A stretch of DNA of 64,000 nt from Candidatus Iainarchaeum sp. (GCA_023129115.1 JAGMCR010000011.1:32001-96000); one strand, 5' to 3'; counted from the first letter of the stretch, positions 29,925 to 38,690 are shown. The notes: generated by a model not told the origin, from the letters alone. Made by a program: numbers and translations.

Positions 29925-30484
29925 AGCGCGGCCAGGCAGTGGTCATCGACGGCCTGTTCTTCCTCATGATTTGCGGGTTTGCGGCGGCGACACTGTTGTG
30001 GGCGGGCTCTGTCTACGGCGACAAGAGCTTCGAGGCCTACCGCTACATTTACATGACGGACTACACAGGCGGCGCGATGGCTGTGCTGAGCAACCTCGAC
30101 TACGAGTACACGGTTTCAATCGGCGGCAGCTCCGCGGCCGTGAAGGCGGCGTGGCTCGACGAGCTCGGGTCGTACATGCTTGGCGAGTTCAACGAGACCG
30201 ACGCGCGGTACAAGGTGATGCGTGGGCACTGGGATACGCTGTGCAGCCAGGCGCCTGCGCCGCTATTGCTCACTGTCTACTCTGAGTACGAGGGCACTGC
30301 CCGCGGCACGCAGGAGGAGCCGCTCTACTTCGCGTGCGGCGAGGGAGACCGCAGCCTATTGAAGGCCCTCGAGGACGAGGACGGCGAGCTCAACATCTTC
30401 AAGTACCCGTACTATTCGTCGGACATTATGTCCAAGTCCTGCTCCACCCTGCGGTGCATAATGGACATAAAGATTTATTACTGA
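29915..30484 (+). CDS. Pilin-like protein (class III signal peptide)
   Basis: MDVKRG/QAVVIDGLFFLMICGFAAATLLW. Confidence 0.75.
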   Translation: MDVKRGQAVVIDGLFFLMICGFAAATLLWAGSVYGDKSFEAYRYIYMTDYTGGAMAVLSNLDYEYTVSIGGSSAAVKAAWLDELGSYMLGEFNETDARYKVMRGHWDTLCSQAPAPLLLTVYSEYEGTARGTQEEPLYFACGEGDRSLLKALEDEDGELNIFKYPYYSSDIMSKSCSTLRCIMDIKIYY

Positions 30485-30504
30485 AGTGATTATGGTGTAG
30501 CGGG

Positions 30505-30933
30505 ATGATGATTGAGCTCTATTTCACGTTTTTCCAGATGGTGCTGGAGTACGGCGACTACCCTGCCATGCTGATAATGGCTTTCCTGACGTCGCTCGTG
30601 GTGTTCGCGGCGGCAGTCGTGGCAAAGCTCGCGCTCGGCAAGGTAAAGCCGTGGTACTTCTCGGCTTTCCTCGTGACAGAAGGGTATTTCCTGCTGGCGC
30701 AGGTGTTCCTCGCCTTCTTCTATTCCACAGAAATAGGCATCCTCACGTTTTTCGAGCCAGCGACTTATACTTATCTCGTCTTCGTCCTCCCCATGGCAAT
30801 GGCGTACCGCAAGGCCATGGAGAAGTGGCCAGTCCTGCCGTGGCACTTCATGGTCTACGGCCTTTCCCTGCTGGCGTCGCTGGTGTTCTGGTACTTCGCG
30901 GTGTTTGTGTTCGGCATCTTCGCTCTGGCATAG
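30505..30933 (+). CDS. Hypothetical four-TM membrane protein at the end of the pilin operon
   Basis: 142 aa, four hydrophobic segments, host-like codon usage. Confidence 0.7.
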   Translation: MMIELYFTFFQMVLEYGDYPAMLIMAFLTSLVVFAAAVVAKLALGKVKPWYFSAFLVTEGYFLLAQVFLAFFYSTEIGILTFFEPATYTYLVFVLPMAMAYRKAMEKWPVLPWHFMVYGLSLLASLVFWYFAVFVFGIFALA

Positions 30934-30975
30934 CTTTTATGCAGTGCTGCCCACAACAAGCACGGGGAGAGAGTT

Positions 30976-31374
30976 ATGGCTGTAGTATATGTCGATACTA
31001 ATGTCTATCTTGACTATTTTGAAAACCGCTGTGACCGGCTGAGGCCGCTCGGCGAGTTTGCCTTCCAATTTTTTAGGAGGGCGCTGAAATGTGAATTTGA
31101 GATTGTAATGTCAGACCATGTCATGGATGAGCTCGAGTCAGTTGTTTCTATTGAAACGATTGACATGTTTCTTGAGCCACTAAAAAAGAAAAATAAGATA
31201 AAGCTTGTTTTTGTGGAGCAAGCAGACGTCAGGAGGGCAAAGCGTTTGCCGACTCACTGGCAGGATGCGCTCCACGCCGTACTGGCCGAGAAAGCCGGAG
31301 CTGAGTTAATTGTAACCCGCAATGCTAATGACTTCGCCGGATTATTCCAGGCCGTATTTCCTGAAGATGTCTGA
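30976..31374 (+). CDS. PIN-domain (VapC-like) ribonuclease
   Basis: VYVDTNVYLD, MDELE, WQDALHAVLA, IVTRNANDF. Confidence 0.88.
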   Translation: MAVVYVDTNVYLDYFENRCDRLRPLGEFAFQFFRRALKCEFEIVMSDHVMDELESVVSIETIDMFLEPLKKKNKIKLVFVEQADVRRAKRLPTHWQDALHAVLAEKAGAELIVTRNANDFAGLFQAVFPEDV

Positions 31375-31623
31375 CCGGTCCTTCTGGATGTTTTTTTCCG
31401 CCCACGCCTGGCGTTCCTTGCGAGTCATTCTTTTTATTGGCTTGACGCTCCCCTTCAACTTCTCAAGCTTGCGGATGGCGACCATGGTCTCGTATTCCTC
31501 GTTCATCCGGCGAATGCTTTCCCTCACGTATTCTTGGACATTGCTGAACCCGAACTCATTGGCAAGGGCCTTTGCTTCCTTGTAGGCCAGGTCAGGAATG
31601 CGCAAGTGCACCATCTTCCCCAT
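31342..31623 (-). CDS. Ribbon-helix-helix antitoxin-like protein, convergent with the PIN gene
   Basis: MVHLRIPDLAYKEAKALANEFGFSNVQEYVRESIR has the RHH pattern. Confidence 0.7.
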   Translation of the reverse strand: MGKMVHLRIPDLAYKEAKALANEFGFSNVQEYVRESIRRMNEEYETMVAIRKLEKLKGSVKPIKRMTRKERQAWAEKNIQKDRSDIFRKYGLE

Positions 31624-31674
31624 GATACTATTTGATACCTAATTGGTATTTATGCGTATTGGTGGTGGGGGGGC

Positions 31675-31755
31675 ATTAAACAACCCTTTTTCTGTTACAG
31701 GGGGTTAGCAGGCAAGCTAACCCCCTGAACGGCGGAAAAGCGTTGATGGAAAAAA
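31675..31755 (-). repeat. REP/MITE-like palindromic element, copy 2 (inverted relative to copy 1)
   Basis: Reverse complement reads TTTTTTCCATCAACGCTTTTCCGCCG-[CAGGGGGTTAGC..GCTAACCCCCTG hairpin]-TAACAGAAAAAGGGTTGTT. Confidence 0.7.
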
Positions 31756-31765
31756 GGGAGCGACA

Positions 31766-31776
31766 TTTATATACTC
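31766..31776 (+). promoter_or_regulatory. Extended TATA box TTTATATACTC
   Basis: Identical to the motif at 10478-10488; ends 21 nt before ATG 31797. Confidence 0.7.
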
Positions 31777-31796
31777 TCTAATGGTATAATCCTAGT

Positions 31797-34700
31797 ATGG
31801 ATAGGGCGTCCGCTGTGTTCATCGCGTTCCTCCTAATGTTCTCGCTGCTCACGCCATACACTGTGATGGCGCAGGAGAACGGCGGCGAAGAAGTGCCGGT
31901 GGCAGTGGTCATCCCTGCGAACGCGACTGGCTTCTGCCCGATTGGCCAGGCGCTTGAGGTCGTGAGCCTCGACTACCGCCAGGCCACTGCGCTGCAGGGC
32001 ATCGTGACGCAGGACATCGCGACTTCTGCCGAGGAGTACCGCAGGCAGGCCGCGCTCGAAGAGCTCGGCGTGGACACGCGGGGCGACCGCGCGAAGGTCG
32101 CGGACAAGTACAACTTTTATTTCATGGGCCCGGACGGGACCGTGTTTTACTACGAGGTCCTGGACGACTTGATGAAGCCGAACAACGGCTACTTGATTGG
32201 CACCGAGATAACCGGCCGCATCGAGTACGGCGGGCACTTGCGCGAGAACCTGGCGATGTGCGGCAAGACGCCCGCGAATGTAACGACTTCGCCGTGCTCG
32301 GACAACGCGGACATAGTGAAGCGCGAGAGCTATTTCGACAGCGTCAAGGCCGCGGCGTCTTCTCCGGACGCGAAGGCGCAGCTGATTTCGGTGGTCACGA
32401 CCCTCGCGCCGATGGAGGAATTGACTCCGGCGGACGTGCTGAACATTGGGCAGTCGCGCCTGCGGATGACGAGCTTCACCACAACGATGGCGACGAGCGG
32501 CCCGGGCTCCGCCGTATTTGTATTGCCACAAGCCCTCGTGATGTACACTGCGGCGATGAAGAAGCTCGACATGATTGACATCGCGCTTGCCGTGGTCGCG
32601 ATGGGCTCGATTTTCGCGAACCAGGGCCGCATGGCGAAGGACCTGGGCATGGAGGACACTGGCTTCTGGAAAAAAATCAAGGGAATGTTCAAGGCCAACA
32701 ACCCCACGAACGAAATCCTGGACGAGGCGGGCCACCTCCGCTACGCAGAAAACATTGTCGACAATTCAGCCGACTTCACGAGGTACATTGACGAGGCGCA
32801 GGAGCTCATAATTACCGGCAAGGACCCGAAAAAAATATTCCGCGCCACCGAGAACGCCCTGACAGAGGCAAAGAACTACAAGAACTCAATCAAGACCCTG
32901 AGCTCAAGGTACGACGACATGATAAAAAGCCTTGGCAAAAACTCCAAGCTGTCTGATGACGCAATAGGGGCTCTATTCCACAACTCCGACGACATGACGG
33001 CCTTCTTGAAGGCGAACGGCTATACTGATGAAGTAGCCCAAGAAATAATCAGCCTGAGGGTGACTGCGGGCCACATTGACGAGCAGTACGAGGCCGCCGC
33101 CGGCCTCTTTAGGGCGAAGGGAATGCCTTCACCAGAGTACGGCAGTGCCTTGGAGACGCTCCGCTCGATGACTGCGGGCGGAGAGCAGGTGTCTGGGATG
33201 GAGGTCCGTACGCCTTTCATGCTTTTAACCGAGGGCGGGCCCCCCGGAGGAATACCGTATGAAGTAGGCGACGTATTGACAGGCGCCAAGTGGCAGGACT
33301 TCGTAACGCAGCACAACCAATACGTAAAAAACTTCCATCCACATTCAGTGAAAGTGCTCGAGCCGAACACAATCGGCTACCTGGGCACGCACTATAACAG
33401 GCAGTACGGCGGCGCCGAAGCCGCTGACACGCTTGGCTCCCTCATCTTCGGGAGCAGGGGCCTGAAGACGCGCTCGGCCACAAACCCCGCCAAGCAGTTC
33501 GTTGGCGCGTTCAAGGGCGGGGCCAGGGCCGGCGCGGGCAGGGACGCAATCCTTGGCAGTGGCACGCTCGCCAAGGTGTCATCCCTCGCAATGCGCTCGC
33601 TCGGCGCGGGCATTCTGTTGGGACCGGCGACCAAGGCCATGATGATTGCGCGCGGCCTGCACTTCGTCAACGACCTGTTCTTCCGCCAGGGCTTCTTCGA
33701 GCTCACTGGCTCGGGCCTCACGCTCCGCTTCGACAAGGACGAAGTCGGGGGCATCTATTCCGACGAGTCGGTCGTCGTGCTCCTGGCCCAGAACTCGCTC
33801 GTCCGCGGGCTCCTAACGTCCTACATGGGCGGCGAGCTCGGCGCAATCTTCTTCGGCCTGCTCGGCGACGCCAGCGGCACGCTCGAGCCACTAACCAACA
33901 AGGCCAACCTGCTCGGCGACGTCCTCTTGTTCGGCGGCATAATGTACCCGCCAGCCGGCGGAGTCATCGAAGTGGTCGAGGAAAACCCGAGCGGCACCAC
34001 GCACATCGAGCAAAAGGAAAACTATTACATCATGCACATCCGCGAGTGGGACGACCACGTCTTCTCCGCCGTGGAAGACGTGCGCACCATGGAGAAGAGG
34101 AGCGACGAGGGAAGCATCGTCACCGCCATGGGCATGTGGACCCACAAAGTGGACCTCTACGGCCACATGTACTCGCAGGAGGACATGCCGGCAGGCGTCT
34201 TCACCAAGGCAGACCCCTTCATAAGCAAAATCGGCACGTGGGGCGTCTACTCCAACCTGCTGATTTCGTCGTCGGCCTACTACATGTTCTTCTCGCCAGG
34301 CCACATGACTGTCACGGGCAAAGCGTTCTCGATGCTCGGCATGCCCCTCGGCGCGTTCCTCACGGCCAAGGGGAGCATGCTCGCGGGCAGGGAATTCCTC
34401 ACGTCGCAATATACCTCGATGGAAAAGCTCGCCGCGTGCATCGCCCAGGAAGAAAACCGCACCACGCTGGAGGCGTTCAAGGAAGAGGCAATCGAGGCCA
34501 CCATCCCGGTCACGCAGCCGTTGAGGGAGCTAATCAGCGAAAAAATCGAGCCCGAGTACGAGTGCGGCAGGGCGTCGTGCGAGCAGGCGCTGAACGACTG
34601 CCTCAGGAACGAGGGAATGAGCTCCGCGGGAATGGCGGTCACGGGCGCGCTCGGCTACGCCGCTCTCGGCCCGGTCGGCATAGCAGCCGTCACCGTGGTG

Positions 34701-36395
34701 GACGTCGCAATGTCGATTTACAAAATCCAGTTGAGGAAATACTGCCTCGAGACCCTGGCGAGCTGCGACGAGCACACCTTCACCATCGTGGGCGCCGCGC
34801 AGTACAGCGACCCCGCACTGATTGCGGAGCAGCAGCAGAGCGAGCAGCTCAAGGGGCTGCCCGGCCTAGAGGAGCTGCCAATCAATGACTTCCTCGACGC
34901 GACCGGCCTCGGCAATGTCACGAACCCGCTCCAGGAGTTCTCGCAGCAGCAGCTCAACGTGCACACCGAGGGCTACGGCGCGTCTGGCAGGATAGCGTTC
35001 GACGAAGTCTTTTACACCCACCTGCAGGACGTCTCAATCCAGTGGCTCGAGGGCAACCTGCCCGTGAACCTGTGCTCCTTGGACGACAAGGGCGACCCCG
35101 AGGAAGAGAACTGCCTCAAAATCAACGGCGACTCGGTGATGGTGGGCGGCAGGACAATTGTCACGGACGAGCTCGTGCCCTTCAAGTGGATGGACACCGA
35201 GCTGCCGGCGCTGGTCATCCCCAACACCGCAGTGGTGGTCAACATAGCCAATGCCGGCGACTGCACGCTCTTCACGGTCGACAAGACGGGCACGCGCCTC
35301 TTGCTGCACGAGGACGTAATCAGCAAGTTCGAGTCAGAGGGCTTTGACGAGGTCGCGAGGATGCTCGGGACGCTCCGCGTAATCAACACAGACGAGGGCT
35401 CGATTTATCCGAGTGTTGACTACAACGGCGACTTCCGCCTGGAGCACGACCGGCCGGACGGCTCGTTCGGCTACAGCGAGGAGGGCGTCGAAGTCACGGC
35501 GTCCGCGAACGTGCTGTTCAAGAGCGACAGCTTCGGCTTCGAGTCCGCGGTCTTCACCGGCGGCTCCATCATCAAAAAGGGCGACAAAATCTATATTCTT
35601 CCCAAGTTCTTCATGCCCGAAATGAGCGGCAAGCAGTGGCTCCAGTACACGAAGGGCACGCCGTTCCGCAGCGACACGGGCGAGGCCCTCGAGGTGCTGG
35701 ACGCGGTCGGGAATGTAATCGGCCTCGACGCAGCCCTTGCGAGGATTCCGGGCGGCGAGAAGCTCGGCACCATCACGCGGCTCGACGCGTGGAAGGACGT
35801 GAACGGCGACGGCAAGGTCCAGGACGACGAGCAGGCCGGCTGGCGCTTCTACACGGACGAAAAGAACGAGTCCAAGTTCGAGATGTGGTACAACGGCGAG
35901 AAGGAAGTGTACGACGCGGACCAGATTGAGATTGACGAGGAGACTGGCAGCATCCGCGTGTACGAGAAGGACCAGCCGCACGTCGAGGCGAACCTGTTGA
36001 GGGAGCTCGAGACCAAGGTGGACTCGCTGGGTCGCACCTTATTGACAATCCGCGACGGCCAGGGCAACCTCTTGCTGGAGGAGGCGCTCGTCACTTACCT
36101 CAAGGGCACGGGCGGCGCAATCCGCTACGACGCGGACAACAACAACTATATTTTCGTGAACGGCCAGCCCGTTGAATTAAACAACGACTTCAAGCTCAAC
36201 GGCTTCAACCCAATCACGGGCAGGACCGACCCGCCGCTGCTCCAGCCGAGCAGCGCCCGCGCCGCGGTCTCGCCGTACGAGGAAGGCGAAATCGAGCCGC
36301 CGGCAGTGCCGCTGCACGAGGAAGGCATTGGGCTCCTGCTTTACGCCCTCGTGCTCGCCGCGGGGATGTACCTGGTCTACTACCGCAAGACTTAG
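31797..36395 (+). CDS. Large secreted protein, 1532 aa, with several internal hydrophobic helices and a C-terminal sortase-type signal
   Basis: Sec signal peptide (VMA/QE). C-terminus PPAVPLHEEG followed by a TM helix and YYRKT. Confidence 0.85.
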   Translation: MDRASAVFIAFLLMFSLLTPYTVMAQENGGEEVPVAVVIPANATGFCPIGQALEVVSLDYRQATALQGIVTQDIATSAEEYRRQAALEELGVDTRGDRAKVADKYNFYFMGPDGTVFYYEVLDDLMKPNNGYLIGTEITGRIEYGGHLRENLAMCGKTPANVTTSPCSDNADIVKRESYFDSVKAAASSPDAKAQLISVVTTLAPMEELTPADVLNIGQSRLRMTSFTTTMATSGPGSAVFVLPQALVMYTAAMKKLDMIDIALAVVAMGSIFANQGRMAKDLGMEDTGFWKKIKGMFKANNPTNEILDEAGHLRYAENIVDNSADFTRYIDEAQELIITGKDPKKIFRATENALTEAKNYKNSIKTLSSRYDDMIKSLGKNSKLSDDAIGALFHNSDDMTAFLKANGYTDEVAQEIISLRVTAGHIDEQYEAAAGLFRAKGMPSPEYGSALETLRSMTAGGEQVSGMEVRTPFMLLTEGGPPGGIPYEVGDVLTGAKWQDFVTQHNQYVKNFHPHSVKVLEPNTIGYLGTHYNRQYGGAEAADTLGSLIFGSRGLKTRSATNPAKQFVGAFKGGARAGAGRDAILGSGTLAKVSSLAMRSLGAGILLGPATKAMMIARGLHFVNDLFFRQGFFELTGSGLTLRFDKDEVGGIYSDESVVVLLAQNSLVRGLLTSYMGGELGAIFFGLLGDASGTLEPLTNKANLLGDVLLFGGIMYPPAGGVIEVVEENPSGTTHIEQKENYYIMHIREWDDHVFSAVEDVRTMEKRSDEGSIVTAMGMWTHKVDLYGHMYSQEDMPAGVFTKADPFISKIGTWGVYSNLLISSSAYYMFFSPGHMTVTGKAFSMLGMPLGAFLTAKGSMLAGREFLTSQYTSMEKLAACIAQEENRTTLEAFKEEAIEATIPVTQPLRELISEKIEPEYECGRASCEQALNDCLRNEGMSSAGMAVTGALGYAALGPVGIAAVTVVDVAMSIYKIQLRKYCLETLASCDEHTFTIVGAAQYSDPALIAEQQQSEQLKGLPGLEELPINDFLDATGLGNVTNPLQEFSQQQLNVHTEGYGASGRIAFDEVFYTHLQDVSIQWLEGNLPVNLCSLDDKGDPEEENCLKINGDSVMVGGRTIVTDELVPFKWMDTELPALVIPNTAVVVNIANAGDCTLFTVDKTGTRLLLHEDVISKFESEGFDEVARMLGTLRVINTDEGSIYPSVDYNGDFRLEHDRPDGSFGYSEEGVEVTASANVLFKSDSFGFESAVFTGGSIIKKGDKIYILPKFFMPEMSGKQWLQYTKGTPFRSDTGEALEVLDAVGNVIGLDAALARIPGGEKLGTITRLDAWKDVNGDGKVQDDEQAGWRFYTDEKNESKFEMWYNGEKEVYDADQIEIDEETGSIRVYEKDQPHVEANLLRELETKVDSLGRTLLTIRDGQGNLLLEEALVTYLKGTGGAIRYDADNNNYIFVNGQPVELNNDFKLNGFNPITGRTDPPLLQPSSARAAVSPYEEGEIEPPAVPLHEEGIGLLLYALVLAAGMYLVYYRKT

Positions 36396-36408
36396 GGAGT
36401 GTTTTTCT

Positions 36409-37332
36409 ATGGAACCTGTTAGGGATATTCATGCAACTGGGAATGTCGAAGAGCTGATGAGGCAGTACCGTGACTCGGGCGGCTTCACGGCAAAAAAATT
36501 GGGGGTGGCTGCCGACATCTACAAGAAGATGCTCGGCGACGACTGCACAAAGTTCCTGTCGTTCCCGGCGTGCATCACCGCAACGGGGACGCGCGGCATC
36601 ATCGCTGAGATGGTCAAGGAAAAAATGGTGGACGTTGTTGTCACGACTTGCGGCACGATGGACCACGACCTCGCGCGACTGTGGCGCGACTACTACCACG
36701 GCTCTTTCCAGGCGGACGACGCGGAGCTGCACCGGAAGGGCATCAACCGGCTGGGGAACGTCTTCGTCCCAAACGATTCGTACGGCATTATCCTGGAGCA
36801 AAAGATGCAGGAAATCCTCCCGAAGCTGCACAAGCAAAAAGCCGAGTGGTCCACGCGCGACCTAGTGTGGGCTTTTGGCGAGGCAATCAAGGGCGAGGAA
36901 AAGGCAGAGGAGTCAATCGCCTACTGGGCGTGGAAGAACAAGGTCCCTGTGTTCCTGCCCGGTCCGTTGGACGGGGCGTGGGGCTCGCAGCTCTGGATGT
37001 ACTGGCAGGACGGCAACAAGGACTTCAGGCTGAACCTGTTCGAGGACGAGCAGGCGCTTAGCGAAATAGTCTTCGACGCGAAGAGCACGGGCGCATTAAT
37101 AATTGGCGGCGGCATCAGCAAGCACCACGTGATTTGGTGGAACCAGTTCCGCGGCGGCCTGGACTACGCGGTCGGCATCACGACTGCGGCGGAGTGGGAC
37201 GGCTCGCTCTCCGGAGCCAGGGTGCGCGAGGGAGTGTCGTGGGGCAAGGTAAAGGAAGACGCCAAGTACGTTACTGTCGAGGGCGACGCGACAATACTGC
37301 TGCCGCTGCTCGTGAGTGCTGTAAAAAAGTAG
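36409..37332 (+). CDS. dys: Deoxyhypusine synthase
   Basis: SGGFTAKKL, GINRLGNVFVPN, GGGISKHH, WDGSLSGARVREGVSWGKV (catalytic Lys). Confidence 0.95.
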   Translation: MEPVRDIHATGNVEELMRQYRDSGGFTAKKLGVAADIYKKMLGDDCTKFLSFPACITATGTRGIIAEMVKEKMVDVVVTTCGTMDHDLARLWRDYYHGSFQADDAELHRKGINRLGNVFVPNDSYGIILEQKMQEILPKLHKQKAEWSTRDLVWAFGEAIKGEEKAEESIAYWAWKNKVPVFLPGPLDGAWGSQLWMYWQDGNKDFRLNLFEDEQALSEIVFDAKSTGALIIGGGISKHHVIWWNQFRGGLDYAVGITTAAEWDGSLSGARVREGVSWGKVKEDAKYVTVEGDATILLPLLVSAVKK

Positions 37333-37851
37333 CTACTTCCGCTTCACCTGCTTTTTCTTGACTTTCTTTTTGGGCCCGCCGAACTCTTCGAGCGGCGGGG
37401 TCCGCAAGTATTCCACCTTTATCTGGGGAATGTCGCCTTTGGGGTCCACCCTGATGCGGAACTTGTAGTCCCGCCCAGCAGCGTTTTTTTCTGCTTCGGC
37501 CCTAAAGCCCCCCAGGAGATTGCTGGCTTTTTTGGGGCCGTGGAATCCAAGTGACTCGGCGTCCATGTCAAAGCCCTTGACGACTTCGACTTTTCTCTGG
37601 TACTTTTCGTTTTCATGGCCGTCGACAAAGGGCTTCATCACCACGCCTATTTGGTTGGGGCTGAGCTCCTGGACGAGGCTTGCGACGCCTTCGTCCTCCA
37701 TAAGCTCTTTCACTCTCGACTTCCAGTTGCCGGGCCGCTCGTATTTCTCGTCCAAGTATCCGCTCGCCATTTCTTCCTTCGTGAGCTCGTTGTCCACCCA
37801 CCTCTCGACAAGCTGCTTGAAGCCCTCCCAGTCCTCATCCCTTTCAGCCAA
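37333..37851 (-). CDS. Hypothetical protein with Lys-rich tail
   Basis: 172-aa ORF with TTG start, GGTGA RBS and an upstream TTTAAA box. Confidence 0.6.
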   Translation of the reverse strand: MAERDEDWEGFKQLVERWVDNELTKEEMASGYLDEKYERPGNWKSRVKELMEDEGVASLVQELSPNQIGVVMKPFVDGHENEKYQRKVEVVKGFDMDAESLGFHGPKKASNLLGGFRAEAEKNAAGRDYKFRIRVDPKGDIPQIKVEYLRTPPLEEFGGPKKKVKKKQVKRK

Positions 37852-37962
37852 TCAGTTCACCGAATACAATTAGGCAGTCCCGCATTTAAACGCTTTTCGT
37901 GACGTACAGCTCCTTTTCTTTAGAAAAGAAAAGTAGCTGGCAGTCAAAAGAAACTATTTGAG

Positions 37963-38499
37963 CTATACCGACTTGGTGACGTAGGGGAATGCAAACAGGT
38001 TGTCCGCGATGTGCAGCGGCGGCCTCGCGTCGTCGACCTTGAGGTTGCCGCTCTCGTCCACGTATTCCTCGTTGGCCGAGATGGCGACGACTTTGCCGAT
38101 GACCATGATGTGGTCCCCCGCCTTTTTCGAGAACTCTTCGTAGCACTCGATGTGCGCCACGCACTCCGAGAGCCTCGGCGGCCGCACCTTTTCGGATGGC
38201 TCGGTCTTGAGCTTGGCCTTGTCGATTTTGCTCTCGTTCGGGTCCCACTTGCCGCCCGCAATCCAGAGCTTGTCAAGGATTTTCTCGGTCGGGATGTTGA
38301 TCACGAACTCTTTCACGCGCGTCATGGCCCAGTACGAGTGCTTGTTCACGCCCACGCTCAGCATGATGAGCGGCGGGTCGAAAGAGACAGGCGCCACGAA
38401 CGAGAACGGGGAGACGTCTGTGCGGCCCTTTTCATCGATTGTGGTGACTAGCACTGTTAGCTTAGGCGACATGAGCCTGTAATAGTCCTGCAGACGCAC
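37963..38499 (-). CDS. Flavin reductase family protein
   Basis: VLVTTIDEKGRTDVSPFSFV.PVSFDPP, EFVINIP, AGDHIMVIGKV. Start moved to GTG 38499. Confidence 0.9.
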   Translation of the reverse strand: MRLQDYYRLMSPKLTVLVTTIDEKGRTDVSPFSFVAPVSFDPPLIMLSVGVNKHSYWAMTRVKEFVINIPTEKILDKLWIAGGKWDPNESKIDKAKLKTEPSEKVRPPRLSECVAHIECYEEFSKKAGDHIMVIGKVVAISANEEYVDESGNLKVDDARPPLHIADNLFAFPYVTKSV

Positions 38500-38564
38500 G
38501 TTCCTAATTACCCGCCCAAAGTATAAAAGGCTTACTAGGGGCGGAATAGCAGTTGGGAGTGGCA

Positions 38565-38655
38565 ACCGGCCTAGGGGGGGCGTCGATTACCGCCGGCCTA
38601 GGGGGGATGCCAATCGCCACCGGCCTAGGGGGGATGCCAATTGGCATCCCCCTAG
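38565..38655 (+). repeat. Three 27-bp G-rich tandem repeats ending in a palindrome
   Basis: CCGGCCTAGGGGGG at 38566, 38593 and 38620; CTAGGGGGGATGCCAATTGGCATCCCCCTAG at 38625-38655. Confidence 0.85.
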
Positions 38656-38690
38656 TCCAATGCGTATCCCCTAATTAGTCAGTAGAAAAC

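Noticed and set aside
37912-37933. Palindrome CTTTTCT-TT-AGAAAAG
   Set aside because: Short and AT-rich; best explained as a terminator or degenerate repeat.
38565-38655. Possible mini-CRISPR array or ORB replication origin
   Set aside because: The 27-bp period leaves no unique spacers, there are no cas genes, the TTCCAGTGGAAA ORB core is absent and there is no cdc6 nearby.
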